Assembly (NCBI GenBank): GCA_964016885.1
Contig: OZ024742.1
Location: 203,918,001-203,982,000 of the forward strand
Direction: 5' to 3'
DNA length: 64,000 bases
Source: Eledone cirrhosa
Lineage: Eukaryota
Each line of letters opens with the position of its first letter. The first letter of the stretch is position 1. The notes beneath the pieces were generated by a model. That model worked only from the letters and a program-made list of their open reading frames with translations. It was not told the origin of the DNA and did no database searches. A program made the position numbers and the translations under genes. Below are positions 1 through 12,126 of the stretch, one piece after another.

Positions 1-2216
1 TCGCACGACATCGCTTTGCCCCTCCACTCGCCGAGTTGCAAAGCGACTGACTTTTCCCGGTTCAGCTTAGCCCCTGTCAACCTTTCGTACTCCTCTAGTA
101 AGGTGCCGATTGCCTCGATTTCCGAGGCGGTCGACACCATTACTGTTACGTCATCGGCGTAGGCCGACACCGCTTTGCGCAATCCCGGTTCCAAAGGGAT
201 GCCCTGCAACAACTCCAACTTCCGCAGTAATGGCTCGAGAGTCAACACATACAGAAGGGAGGAGAGAGGGCACCCCTGTCGGATGGAGCGGGTGATTTCG
301 AACGGCTCCGAAAGGTAGCCGTTCACCTTGACTCTAGAGCAGATGCGGCTGCTGTGCATGGCAGTGATCCAGCCCCTGAAAACGGGTCCGAACCCAGCCG
401 CCGCTAGCACCGCATCCAGGTAACCATGGTCCACCCTATCGAACGCTTTAGACTGATCTAAATTTATCAGGGCCCCACCAAAGCCGGGTTCGTTCCCAAC
501 CCTCTCTATGATGTATCGCATGAGGTGGAGGTTGTCGTGGATGGACCTGGACGGGATAGCGCATGTCTGCGCATCTCCCACCAGGCACCCCACGACAAGC
601 GCCAACCTCTTCGCTAACACCTTCGCCAAAATCTTTAACTCTGCATTTAGCAGAGTTATGGGCCTAAAATTACTAATGTCATCCCCCTTGTTCTCGTCCT
701 TCCTCACTAGCGAGACTACGCCCTTGGTCACAGAACAGGCAATTCTCCCGTTCTGTTGCCAGTTGCAGTAGACCGCCTCGAGGAGATCGGGGAACAAGTC
801 CGGCATATTAATATATAGTTCGTAGGGCAGACCATCGAGTCCTGGAGATTTGCGTTTGCCGCATAGGCTCAGCACGTCCCCTATTTCAGCAGCTGAGATC
901 GGCCCGTCGCAGGACCTCGCCTCCCTGTCCGAAAGACGCGGCAGGCCGTCGAGGTATGGACCGAAATCCACATCTCCAACCGGCTCCCCGCCCCTCCAGA
1001 ACAATTCGGCAAAGTGCCTTTGAAAGGCCTCGCACATTTGCTTAGGTTCAAGGATCAGCCGTCCATCCTGGTCTCGCAAAGACCGGATAGTGGATTTAAT
1101 CCCACTTTTCGCTTCTGTCACGCGGGCCCAGCTAACAGCTTTGGTCCCCTCGTTTCCCAGAGCACGTATTTTGCTTCGGACAACGCAGCCTTCGTGTTTC
1201 GCGTCGAAGAACTGGTTCAAGACCGTTCTTGACGCTTGCACTCTGGCCACGTTGCCGCTTCTCATTGCCTCTTCAACATTAACTACCAACTCCCTTTCCT
1301 TCCTATTTCTATCTGAGGCTAACTCCTTACTAACTCCTATTGAAACTACTCTAATCTCTCTTTTTAGAGAACCCCACCACCTGTTGTTGACGATGGCGCC
1401 CGTCAACTGCTCCTTAACTAAGGTTCTAATCCGGTCCCTGTAAGCTCTACTTGCCGGTAAGGACAAGTTGAGCTTCCAGTAACCGGGTGCCTGCCTATGC
1501 GTTCTATCAAGGTGGACTACGCAGGTCACTAACTTGTGGTCTGAATAGCCCACCATGAGCATTTCTGGACAACTTAAAAAGTCCCTATCCTTAATTCTAA
1601 CTAAGAACCTATCTAGGTACGATCTAGATTGACCACTGTTATTTGACCAGGTCCAGGTTGGTACAGTCGGAAAATCTAGTCGGTATCTATCGGCCAGGTC
1701 GAATCGGCCGATTAACCCCTTAAGGCTGTTACACCCCCCTCTATCGGGACATGACCCTACATAGTCCCAACGTGCATCTAGGATACCATTCCAGTCCCCC
1801 ACTAAAAGCAAGGAGCGGGACGTCCCTAGAAAAGTCTCCAGACGATGGAAGAAGTCCGACCGCATTGCCCCAAAAGGGGCTTATACGGCGACAAGCCTAA
1901 AAGCTTCGCCTTCGCCATTGCCAAGGTCCAGAACCACGAGTCGACCCTCCGGGTCCAAGTGTACCGTCTGTGTAGCGAGACCCAGATGTTTTTGCAGCAG
2001 AACGACAACCCCACCCCCACCTCCAGGCTGACAGAGAGATGCGTGCATCTCAAAGTCATCAAAGGTGGGGGTTAGCTGTCGCATGCTGCTGATCCGGGCC
2101 TCGCAAATAACCATCACATTTACACATTGTGACCTGAGGTCACTTAGAAGTTTAGCTTGCTTCCAAGGTGAGCCCAGGCCACGCGCATTTAGACAACCTA
2201 CTCTTAAGACAGCCAT
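1..2216 (-). pseudogene. LINE ORF2 (APE endonuclease-reverse transcriptase), disrupted
   Basis: Starts MAVLRVGCLNARGL and hits a stop at about 1881. GDWN, YLDRFL, YSDH and RT motifs continue downstream. Confidence 0.9.
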
Positions 2217-2239
2217 GTTGGTGGCAAAGAAAGAGGCAC

Positions 2240-4000
2240 TTACCTCTCTGCGTCCCGGGGTTCGGGTCGCTCAGTTTCCATGGGGATGGTGGAGGGGTTG
2301 ATGGGTGGGGTGGTGGTTTGTGGTGGTGTGGGGGTATTAGTGTGTGGAGGGGTTGGGATCTTTGGAGTTGTGTGGGTGTTTGAGGAGGGGAGGGGAAAAC
2401 CTTTCAGGAGGACGCGGTTGAGTGGCCTGGTGCAGAGTGGGCCCACGTCCTCAGGGTACATGTCTTTTAAAGTTTTGAAAATGTCAAGTGGGATTTTCAC
2501 CATTTTCAGGTTAGGGAGCCCCATTGCCGTTACGAAATTCGGCCCTTCGGTTTGTATCGAAGGGTTGGTTTCTATTTTTAAAGTTAGGTTTTCATTGTTT
2601 TTGTTTATGTATGTGTAGAGTTTTTGTGTTGTTGTGTTTGTTTTTGCTTGTTGTTGTTGAGTGAGTTTGCGTTTTATTGTCTGTGTTGTGTTGTCAGGTG
2701 GGGTTATTTTTGTTTGTGTGGTGTGTGTACGTTTTTTTCTTTTCACTTTTTGGAAGGGAGCCCCCTCGTCTTCCGACGATATGAGCTCCTTTTCCGTATT
2801 GGAGGGGAGGGGTATATCTCCGGGTTGTGTATGAACTGTTTTTGTATTTGTGTTCTGTGGGGTGGGGCTGGGTGGTACCGTGTTTTGGGTTGTTTTCTTG
2901 AGCTGTTGTTGATGTTGTTGTTGTTGTTGTTGTGGTGGTGGTGGTGGTGGTGTTGGTTTTTGTTGTTCTGGTGGAGATGGTAGTGTATTTTGTTGTTTTT
3001 GTGATGGTGGTGCTGGTTGTTTTTGTTGTTGTTGTGGTGTTTGTAGCAGTGGTTTTTTAGTTGTTAGTAGAGGGCAGGCCGTCCTCAGGTGACCTCTGCC
3101 AGCGCAGTGGTAACATGAGGGTCTCCTGCCTTCCACTGTGATATTTATGTAGGTTCGCCCATCCAGTAGCACTCGGTCGGGTATTCCGGAGATTCTCTCA
3201 GGTGTCATCTGTAAGAGAACCTCCAGACTTTTCCCCCCGAACAGTCCACTGGTGGACTCCCCTGCTGAAATTAGTATGTCCTTATCTAGGTCGGTAAATC
3301 CTGTTAGGACGGACCAGATGTTAATTTCTGGCGTAGGGCTCCACATTCTTATCCTTTGTGTTCTTCTTCCTTTATATGTGGGGAAGAAGGTGTATTGTGG
3401 TGACACTATAGGTGCCACCGAATATTTCTGAGCCAGCATTTCGTCCTTCATTCGGACCATAATGCTGGCATACAGCTTTCCTCTTTGAATAAAGAGTATG
3501 TCATTTTTAATTTCTTTCAGAACCAGCTCGATTTGACTTTCGGTCAATTGCGCTGGCTTTCTCGTTTCGTTGGTTATGGTTCTGAAGCTTACGGTATTCT
3601 TGTAAATCTGTTGACGCACTTCTTCTGGGGAGTTGATCGTAAAAGGACCATCCTCCCCAAAAGATACGTATTTTCTAGCCTCTAGCAAATTTTCCTTGGC
3701 GTTCGTGATGTCAATGGCTTTGTACTCCGTGGCTCTCCTGAGTGTTTGGGCAAAAGAAATTTTGTCTTTGTTTGTTGTTGTAATGTTGTTGGTTTCCTTA
3801 TTTGTGGTGTTATTTTTTTCTTGAAAATTAATTTTTTCATTTGAATTGAAATTCTTTTTTTCATTGGAGAGGAGGGGCTGTTCAACAGTTTGAACTGTTG
3901 TTCCCTTTTTCCCGCTTGTTTTTTTGGTCGGCGTGGCGTTCGCTTCCAATATGGCGATATCGTTTTCGACGATATCGTTATCAACGATATCGATAAACAT
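2240..4000 (-). CDS. LINE ORF1 nucleic-acid-binding protein, 586 aa, apparently intact
   Basis: Open frame with CYHCAGRGHLRTAC zinc knuckle and Q/P/T-rich linker. Homologous to the broken ORF1 at 62117-63990. Confidence 0.85.
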   Translation of the reverse strand: MFIDIVDNDIVENDIAILEANATPTKKTSGKKGTTVQTVEQPLLSNEKKNFNSNEKINFQEKNNTTNKETNNITTTNKDKISFAQTLRRATEYKAIDITNAKENLLEARKYVSFGEDGPFTINSPEEVRQQIYKNTVSFRTITNETRKPAQLTESQIELVLKEIKNDILFIQRGKLYASIMVRMKDEMLAQKYSVAPIVSPQYTFFPTYKGRRTQRIRMWSPTPEINIWSVLTGFTDLDKDILISAGESTSGLFGGKSLEVLLQMTPERISGIPDRVLLDGRTYINITVEGRRPSCYHCAGRGHLRTACPLLTTKKPLLQTPQQQQKQPAPPSQKQQNTLPSPPEQQKPTPPPPPPQQQQQQHQQQLKKTTQNTVPPSPTPQNTNTKTVHTQPGDIPLPSNTEKELISSEDEGAPFQKVKRKKRTHTTQTKITPPDNTTQTIKRKLTQQQQAKTNTTTQKLYTYINKNNENLTLKIETNPSIQTEGPNFVTAMGLPNLKMVKIPLDIFKTLKDMYPEDVGPLCTRPLNRVLLKGFPLPSSNTHTTPKIPTPPHTNTPTPPQTTTPPINPSTIPMETERPEPRDAER

Positions 4001-4174
4001 TTCTGAAATATTTATTTTTCACCCCAAAAGGGGTGAAAATATATTTACCCGACGTCTAGAGTCCCAGACTAGGGGTTAGCGTTAATTATACAAAAGAATT
4101 CAAAAAAATCCACTCACAAAATTAGCAGGTAAATATCCAAATCACGGAGCGATACGAAACACGTCTACTATCCT

Positions 4175-4415
4175 CAGACAGACAGACAGACAGACAAGCA
4201 GGCAGACATGCAGACAGACAGTAGGATGCAGACAGAAAGACATGTAGACAGACAGACATGCAGATAGACAGATAGACAGTGAGACAGATAGACAGGCATG
4301 CAGATAGAGATGTTTAAGGCAGGTAGACTGACAGACTGACTGACAGTTTGACAACTAGGTCGCAGGCAGACATACAGACAGACAGGATGACAGATAGACA
4401 GACAGACAGACAGGA
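4175..4415. repeat. Degenerate (CAGA)n/(TAGA)n microsatellite abutting the LINE 5' end
   Basis: Seen directly. Confidence 0.9.
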
Positions 4416-4807
4416 AAGCAGAAACAATATAAAAATAAACAAAAGCAGGTATAAAGGGACTCCATAAAACAACAGCAACAACAACAAAAAGAACAAAATA
4501 CCAAAACACAACCCAAGAAGAAGACAAGAGCGTTAGAGTGTATGTTTTTTCTTGTATAAGACTAAGTATGTTTCAATATTTGAGTAGCACTTAATGCCTC
4601 AGTCACACCATCACCAATCCTCTCACAAACACACATATAATTAAGTGGATCACCTATTGATTCCACCTCTATCCTCATCGTTTACATATGTACCTTTTCT
4701 ACATTGATAGAGACAGTACACAATATATATATATGTGTGTGTGTGTGTTTACATACATACACACACACACATATATATATATATACGTGTGTGTATGCAT
4801 ATATTTT

Positions 4808-5030
4808 TTTCCAAGAGATGTCAACATGAATGGACCTGTTATTTATATCTAAAGACATTTTTCCAATTCCACCTTACCCGTCCCTTCAATCTATCTTAGT
4901 TCCCATTCTTTCTTCTGATGAAGGACTAGCGTCCGAAACGTTAAAACCCTCTTCCTGCTATTTCAAACCTTAACCTAATATATTCCTTCCATATAATGTA
5001 CTGATCGTGTTGTTATTTCTGTTTACCTTT
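4808..5030 (+). mobile_element. Solo PLE pseudo-LTR-like repeat with hammerhead motif (other copies at 41075-41295 + and 47240-47445 -)
   Basis: tctt CTGATGA aggac-tagc-gtcc GAAA cgTT at 4911-4945. Three homologous copies, next to TA/CA tracts. Confidence 0.7.
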
Positions 5031-5050
5031 TATATATATATATATATATA

Positions 5051-5395
5051 TATTGTTATACTTTGGGAGGGTCATGTTGCCAATAAGAAACACACGCACC
5101 AGTTGCTTTCACTTCAATTTATTATAATAAATTTATAAATTTAGGAATTTATAAATTTCCGGTTGGTTGGTTCCACAACCAGACGATTGTTCATATATTG
5201 TCAAAGTTCTTTCGTCACACATTCTGTGACCTCTTCAGTGACTGGGGATTATTTTCTTTGTTTTTGTGCCTCTCCTTTATTCTGTCCTACGACATCTTGT
5301 TTTTGTGTTTCTGCCTGCCTTAAACACAAAAACAAGATAGCGCAGGACATAACAAAGGAGAGGCACAAAAACAAAGAAAAGAATCCCCAGTCATT
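5051..5395 (-). repeat. Inverted copy of the PLE pseudo-LTR at 7720-7985, followed by a short re-inverted piece (5323-5395)
   Basis: Reverse complement of 7720-7985. A third copy lies at 15040-15345. Confidence 0.85.
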
Positions 5396-5399
5396 ACCG

Positions 5400-7065
5400 A
5401 CATGTAAAACCTACAGTAGACGGATTAGCACTTTAGTTAAACAGCACTTGACAGGGGCCATTGTCAACAACAGATGGTGGTACTCTCTCAAGAGGGCAGT
5501 TAGATTAGACTCGTTAGTTTTTAGTAAAGAATTCGCGTTAAATAGAAATAGGACCGAGAAGGAACTGATAGATAAAGTAGAAGAGGCAATTAGAATTGGC
5601 AACGTAGCCACCGTGCTAGCAACGAGAACGGCTTTGGGCCAGTTCTTCGACGAAAAGCACGGGGGCTGCGTTGTCAGAAGCAAAATACTTGCTCTGGGTA
5701 ACGAGGGAGCCAAAGCTCTTAGCTGGGCCCGGGTCATGGAGGCAAAAAGTGGCAACAAGTCCACGATTCGGTCTTTGAAGGACCAAGACGGACGCGTGAA
5801 CGTGAACCGAAGCAGATGTGCGCGGCCTTTCAGCGGCACTTTGCTCAGCTGTTCGGGCAGGGCGGCGCGCCGGGAGGGGCTAAGGATTTCGGGCCATACC
5901 TCGACGGCTTACCGCGACTCTCGGACAGCGAGGCCAAGTTTTTCGAAAAGCCGATTTCAGCTGCTGAGATAGGGGACGCGATGGACCAATGCGGCAAACG
6001 CAAATCTCCAGGTCTCGACAGTCTACCCTACGAAATTTACGTAGCAATGCCGGGTTTGTTCTCCGGTCTCCTGCAAGCGGTCTACTGCAACTGGCAACAG
6101 AACGGGAGAATTCCCAATTCTGTGACCAGGGGCGTAGTCACACTAGTCAGGAAGGACGAGAAAAAGGGGGATGACATAGGCAACTTCCGACTCATAACTC
6201 TGCTAAACACAGAGTTACAGATTTTGGCCAAGGTGTTGGCAAAGAGGCTGGCGCTTGTCGTCGAAAACCTGTTGGGAGAAGCGCAGACATGCGCAATGCC
6301 GACCAGGTCCATACACGACAACCCCCACCTCATGCGATACATCATAGAGAGGGTAGGGTGTAAACCCGGCTTCGGTGGAACCCTGATCAACTTGGATCAG
6401 TCTAAAGATTTCGATAGGGTTGAACATCGTTACCTGGATGCGATGCTCGTGGCGCCTGGCTTCGGACCCGTGTTCAGAGGCTGGATTGCTGCAATGCACA
6501 ACAGCAACATCCGTTCAAGGGTCAAGGTGAACGGCTACCTCTCAGAGCCGTTCCATATCACGCGATCCATTCGTCAGGGATGCCATCTCTTCTCCCTCTG
6601 TACGTACTGACTCTCGAGCCACTACTGCGGAAGTTGGAACTATTGCAGGGCATCACACTGGAACCGGGACTGCAGAAAGCGGCGTAGGCCTACGCCGACG
6701 ACGTGACAGTAATGGTGTTGGGCACCTCGCAAAACGAGGAAGTTGGCACCTTACTGAAGGAATACGAAAGGTTAAAAGGAGGGAAGCTGAACCGGGACAA
6801 GTCCATCGGTTTGCAACTCGGATTGTGGTGAGGCAAACGGATGCCTTCCGATAGCGTCGTCGGGCGCTGGGCGGAAGGACCGCTGAAGCTGCTCGGGGTC
6901 TGGTTTGGTCCGGACCTCCAGGTGGAGAAAAACTGGAACGAGGTGACGGCCAAGGTGTTTGCACTCACCCAGAAGTGTGCCGAGTGCAAACTATCCTTGA
7001 AATGTCGAGCGGAGGTGGCGAACACTTTTATAGCGTCATCTACTACCGCTTGACCGTCGTGCCGT
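5400..7065 (+). pseudogene. Internal Tx1/L1 ORF2 (RT) fragment, truncated at both ends
   Basis: ORFs 5163-5972, 5816-6610 and 6841-7053 carry KSPGLD, NFRLITLLN and NLDQSKDFDRV. AYADD lies at about 6688-6702. Homologous to both long LINEs. Confidence 0.92.
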
Positions 7066-7441
7066 GTCCAGCCAAAACGCTCACCAAAATAGGGACCTAA
7101 CAAACTGCATAATAGGTAGTATGGATGTTGTGTCCCTGTATCCATCTATTGACGTGGATTTTGCTGTGGAGAAATGCGTAGAAATGATCAGTGAGAGCAA
7201 TGTCGAATTCCCTGGGATTGATACCAGTGAGCTGGGACTCCTACTTAAACTTACCTATAATAATGATTATCTAGATACATACGGCCTTAGCAACCTGTGC
7301 CCTACAAGACCAGCAAGAGGCAGACCACCTACCATTAACTCAATGGCCAAGAAAACCCACACAGATAGATGGAACGGGTGGACCAGAGCCATACAGACCC
7401 CCGAAAACCACGATGAACTGAAGAAAATGATTGAAGGGTAA
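7066..7441 (+). pseudogene. PLE reverse transcriptase fragment, probably Naiad-type (insertion-in-fingers region)
   Basis: IGSMDVVSLYPSID (PLE/TERT-like motif A) followed by a long insert (IDTSELGLLL...LCPTRPARGRPPTI). The clade assignment is from memory. Confidence 0.65.
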
Positions 7442-7786
7442 ATTAGAGAACAGAAATAAAAATAGAATCTACACACAGAAAAGACGCAATGTTTAGACAA
7501 ATCACAGAGGCAATAAACATAAATGAACTCCAACCAAAATTAAATAGAAAATATGAATGGAACAGCAACATCATAACTTACAATTAAGGACAAAATGAAA
7601 ACACCACACACATAGAACACAACAACCAACCAGTAACATGTAAATAAACAAATAAATAAACAAATATAAACACACACAGACACCCGGATGTAACACATGC
7701 GCAAACTAAGCACACAACACACATAAAAACAAGATGGCGTAGGACAGAACAAAGGAGAGTCACAAAAACAAAGAAAAGAATTCCCA

Positions 7787-7829
7787 GTTACTGAAGAGGT
7801 CACAGAATGTGTGACGAAAGAACTTTGAC
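7787..7829 (+). ncRNA. Type I hammerhead ribozyme (minimal)
   Basis: gt(c/t)a CTGAAGA g gtcaca-gaatg-tgtgac GAAA g-aa-c TT tgac. Stem I is perfect in the inverted copy at about 5200-5242. Confidence 0.75.
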
Positions 7830-8184
7830 AATATATGAACAATCATCTGGTTGTGGAACCAACCAACCAACCGGAAATTTATAAATTCCTAAATTTATAA
7901 ATTTATTATAATAAATTGAAGTGAAAGCAACTGGTGCGTGTGTTTCTTATTGGCAACATGACCCTCCCAAAGTATAACAATATCGGTTTCAACACACGTT
8001 TTAAGATAAAGAATCTTGCTAAACAAATTCAGAAACGAAATATATAAAGTATATAAAGATATTACTGGTTTCGATGTATAATCATCTTACCAAATGTTGA
8101 ATATTACAATTAAAAAGAAGTAAAAAGAATTAAAAATTTTAAATTTAAAATTAAGTGTTGAAGAGGTATGTTTATCTTTCTTGC

Positions 8185-8398
8185 AAAGCGCGTAACCAAG
8201 TGGTTAGCGTGTTGGGCTTCCTGTCATAACATCAGGAGTTTGATTCCTGGACCGGACTGTATTTTTATGTTGCTTCAGTATACCCAATATATGGGGATTT
8301 AAACCTGTGATGGATTGATGTGCTTACAGATGCTTAACGCCAAGGAAACCGGGTTAAGCACCAGCCTTATAAGCACTTGGACTTATAAGAGACAAATT
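8185..8398 (+). mobile_element. Degenerate tRNA-derived SINE
   Basis: A-box-like taaccaagtggttag and B-box-like gagtttgattcc. Ends at a TA tract. Confidence 0.55.
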
Positions 8399-8511
8399 AT
8401 ATATATATATATATGTAATACAATAACAGAGATAGTTTAAAGCTAAACTCTGACTGGTAACCATCTCACTCATATATATGTATATAATTTGTCTCAAACC
8501 TCGGGGCTATA

Positions 8512-8908
8512 TACGAGGGTATTCCCAAAAGTAAGGTCTCCAAAGCGATTAGGACGCAGAGAAACTGTTCGTACGGCTGTTGGCAACACTGTTGTGATTG
8601 GTGCTTCCTTCACTCTCAAACAAGCATGCGCGCGCTTCGCTGGGATGCTCAATCTTGGCTTGGCAGCAGTTGAGAATGGAGCTCCCGTTGAACGCTCCCG
8701 CCAAGTGGGAATTTCGCGCAGTTAATATATAGAGGGCAATCCCAAAAGTAAGGTCTCCTTCCGAAGAAAACATGCGTAAATATCGGCGTATCACTCTGGA
8801 TGCTCTCTGCATTTTGGTTCCTGAGGTTTTCCGAAGCACCATCCACAGGATTTTAACGGAAAAGTTGCAATATCGGAAGGAGACCTTACTTTTGGGATTG
8901 CCCTCGTA
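8512..8908. mobile_element. Tc1/mariner-type MITE
   Basis: TIRs tacgagggtattcccaaaagtaaggtctcc ... ggagaccttacttttgggattgccctcgta with TA flanks. An extra internal TIR lies at about 8730-8765. Confidence 0.85.
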
Positions 8909-9006
8909 TATATAACCATATGTGTTCTTTTCTCATTTTTGTCCGTCATTCCTCTTCTCATTCTTTATCTTTCTGTTTTCTATTTCATCTTGTACTTCTA
9001 TTTCTA

Positions 9007-9042
9007 TCTTCTGATGAAGTACTAATGTCCGAAACGTTAACA
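9007..9042 (+). ncRNA. Degenerate minimal hammerhead, related to the 4911 family
   Basis: tctt CTGATGA agtactaatgtcc GAAA cgTT aaca. Confidence 0.5.
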
Positions 9043-9089
9043 CACTTTTCCTGTTATGTCAAGCGTAAAACCAATATATGTCTTCAATG

Positions 9090-11570
9090 CAATAGAAGGC
9101 AATAAAATGAAGAAAACAGAAAATAAATAATAAATAGAGAATAAATGCTTCCCGAGGGACCATAGATACCACAAGATCTTCAACAGACACACTGTGAAGC
9201 TCTCGTATTCCACCACGAGAAATCTGGCCCAACACATAGCTAGCATCAACAGGAGTAGACTTAAAAACCACACACAACCAGAAGATGGCAGTACAAGCAT
9301 CCAGCAGAACCATGTGGAAGGAGAGAAAGGGGGACCCAGTGCCCACCCCAGAAACCCAAATAGACCCGAGGACATCCCACTGTACCCGGGGGAAGACCAT
9401 CATGTAACACTTAACGGGAACTCCACTCTAGGCACGCAGAGGTCGACCACCCTCTGCAACTGTAGAAACCCTGAATCATGCCCCCTTAGTAATAAATGCC
9501 TTAAGAAGAACCTAGTATACGGTTGTAGTGTTAAAACCCCCAACTCCGAACACATCTACATAGGAGCCACATCAACGAGCTTTAAAGACCGTTGGTTTAA
9601 CCATCGCCATTCCTTCAATAAGGAGGCCAAAAGGAAAAGTACGGCTCTCTCCGACCTGATCTGGAAGCTTAAGCTGGACAGGACCCCGTACTCTCTGGCC
9701 TGCCTGGTCCATAATCAGGAAAGTACCACCCGATAAAGAGGGATCTGGCATATGCAAACTATGTCTGAACGAGACCCTCGAGATACTAAGAGGTGGAAGC
9801 CGCCTGATAAACCTCAGAACCGACTTCTTCGGGACATGCAGACACCTCAGGGCCGGGACCTTCTTCAAGATATATGGACAGTAGCAACACAATAAGATGT
9901 GAACTCCCCTCAACCTATAGGGACTTCTCCAGAACATGAAGACACCTCTCGGCCAAACCTCCCTCAAGCTATATGGGCAGTAACAACACCATAGGTTGAG
10001 AACTCCCCTCAAGCCATAGGGACCAACCTAGGCTGAGCAGACACCATGATAGCCTAGAGATTGACTCTGACACAGCCTTTATAATTTGGCCAACATCTTT
10101 ATAACACACACACATTTTATTTTACTTGATTTTTGATTTTTGATTTTTGATTTTTCATTATTCATTTGTTATTTGTTTTCTGTTTCCTTCACTTTATCAC
10201 CTTATTTAAGTTGAGATTGGTTATAACACAGACACATTTTATTTGATTATCCTATTTCGTTTTATTCTTTTACCATCTTGTTCTTCCTTCCACTTTATCC
10301 AACATATTTCTGACCTTGATATTGGTTATAGCACACACACATTTTATTTTATTTGAATCTTCATTTTTATTTTTCACTTTTCATTTTCATTCTTCATTTT
10401 TCATTTTCATTTTTCATTACTTTTTCATTAATTTTTCATTTATTCTCTATTTATTATTTATTTTCTGTTTTCTTCATTTTATTGCTTTCTATTTCTTCAT
10501 ATACATGGCAGAACCCCCCCCCCCCCCACCACCACCACCACCACCACGGGAGATGGTGGCAGGAGGGATGAAGAAACACACACACAGAGACTTCTAAATG
10601 TCAGCAACAGCAAAACATAGGCTGACCACAACACCAACAACACTACCAAAATACGGGTAGAGGTCAGATGTACTTAACAATAGCAAATACAAACACTACA
10701 GGGAGCCTCACCCCAGAAAGAATTTCTATAGACTTTTGACTGAGGAATGCTCTCAAAACTGACCAATGGGAAGAGTGACCTTACAAATCTTTATAACATT
10801 GAGATGGGTATAACACACATTTTATTTGATTATTTTATTTTATTTTGTTCCTGTACCATCTTATTCCTTCTACCACTTTATCATTTTTTTGAGCTGACTC
10901 CAACAACAACACCACTACCAACATAAGAATAGAAGTCAGATATACCTAACAATAACAAGAACAACCACTACAGATTGGCTTGCCTCAGAACGAATTTCTA
11001 TAGACTTTTGACTGAGGAATGTTCTAACAAGTGACCAATGAGAGGAGAAGAGGCCCTTTGACGCTGAAATTCGTTTGTTTAAATTCATATGATTCCAGTT
11101 CCTCAGTGAAGTAACAACCCAACCAGGAACTGGGCATATCAGAGTATTGACAAAGGTATACACCTCAACAACATATGTACTTGTCTATACCACACTAATT
11201 CGGACTGCCTGAAGAGGTCACAGCCAAAGATGGCTGTCACCGAAATATATATAGCAGTAATAAATGAAGCTAAATTTTAAACATTTGACTTATTTATTTT
11301 ATTTTATATAGGAGCTGGACATATCAATGAATTGACAGAGTGGAACACATTTCAATACCATGTTTACCTGTCTTTTCTACATTAATTCGTACTGCCCGAT
11401 GACCTCACAGCCAATAATGGATGTCACTGAAATATATATACCAGAGAATTTATAATAAACAAAGCCAAATTTAACATGTTTGACTTATTTTATATATATA
11501 TATATATATAATTATTTATATATATAAAATAAGTCAAACATGTTAAATTTGGTTTCGTTTATTATAAATA
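9090..11570 (+). mobile_element. 5'-truncated PLE: GIY-YIG end, long sub-repetitive 3' region and hammerhead-bearing terminus
   Basis: ORF 9194-9736 has CNCRNPESCPL...LVY...YIGAT...RWFNHRHSF. 9090-9147 is an inverted copy of 10437-10493. Terminal fold-back at 11449-11570. Confidence 0.8.
11204..11258 (+). ncRNA. Type I hammerhead ribozyme (second, decayed copy at 11391-11446)
   Basis: actgc CTGAAGA ggtcacagcca-aaga-tggctgtcacc GAAA tatata TA gcagt. Confidence 0.85.
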
Positions 11571-11639
11571 TATATTACAAAAAATATATATTATAAATAT
11601 ATATATATGTATGCATGTATGTGTATATATATATATATA

Positions 11640-11740
<101 letters not shown>

Positions 11741-12059
11741 AATAATATATATAAAACTATGCAGCGAGTATTTATTATTTGCACAGATTAAAAGTGTAAT
11801 CAAACTATTTTGACTCTCACCCTAAGATCTTCAATCTGTGTATATAGATATACATTTTTTTAATGTTACTAGAAACTTTATTCAAAATACAGAAAACATA
11901 AAGTGCTAAACGTGATAATGTTCAAATGAACTACAGTTATGAACTGAAAGATGGAATATATGAAATAAATTTTACGCCATTTGGCGCGGTGGAGGTATCT
12001 AAGACATGCATAGTAAAAAGGTAGCGGAACATTTAGCTTATTTATATAAGCCGAATACG

Positions 12060-12123
<64 letters not shown>

Positions 12124-12126
12124 GCA

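Larger units (their letters stand above)
1..4170 (-). mobile_element. Tx1/L1-clade non-LTR retrotransposon (5' UTR, ORF1, ORF2 running off the window start)
   Basis: Long ORF1 with CCHC knuckle, then APE endonuclease start (CLNARGL...ICEARI) and RT motifs (KSPGLDGLPYE, NLDQSKAFDRV, AYADD near 149-163). Confidence 0.95.

Noticed and set aside
8061-8097. Minus-strand hammerhead-like TTGGTAA gatg...catc GAAA ccagTA
   Set aside because: Core and stem I are too degenerate to call from a single copy.
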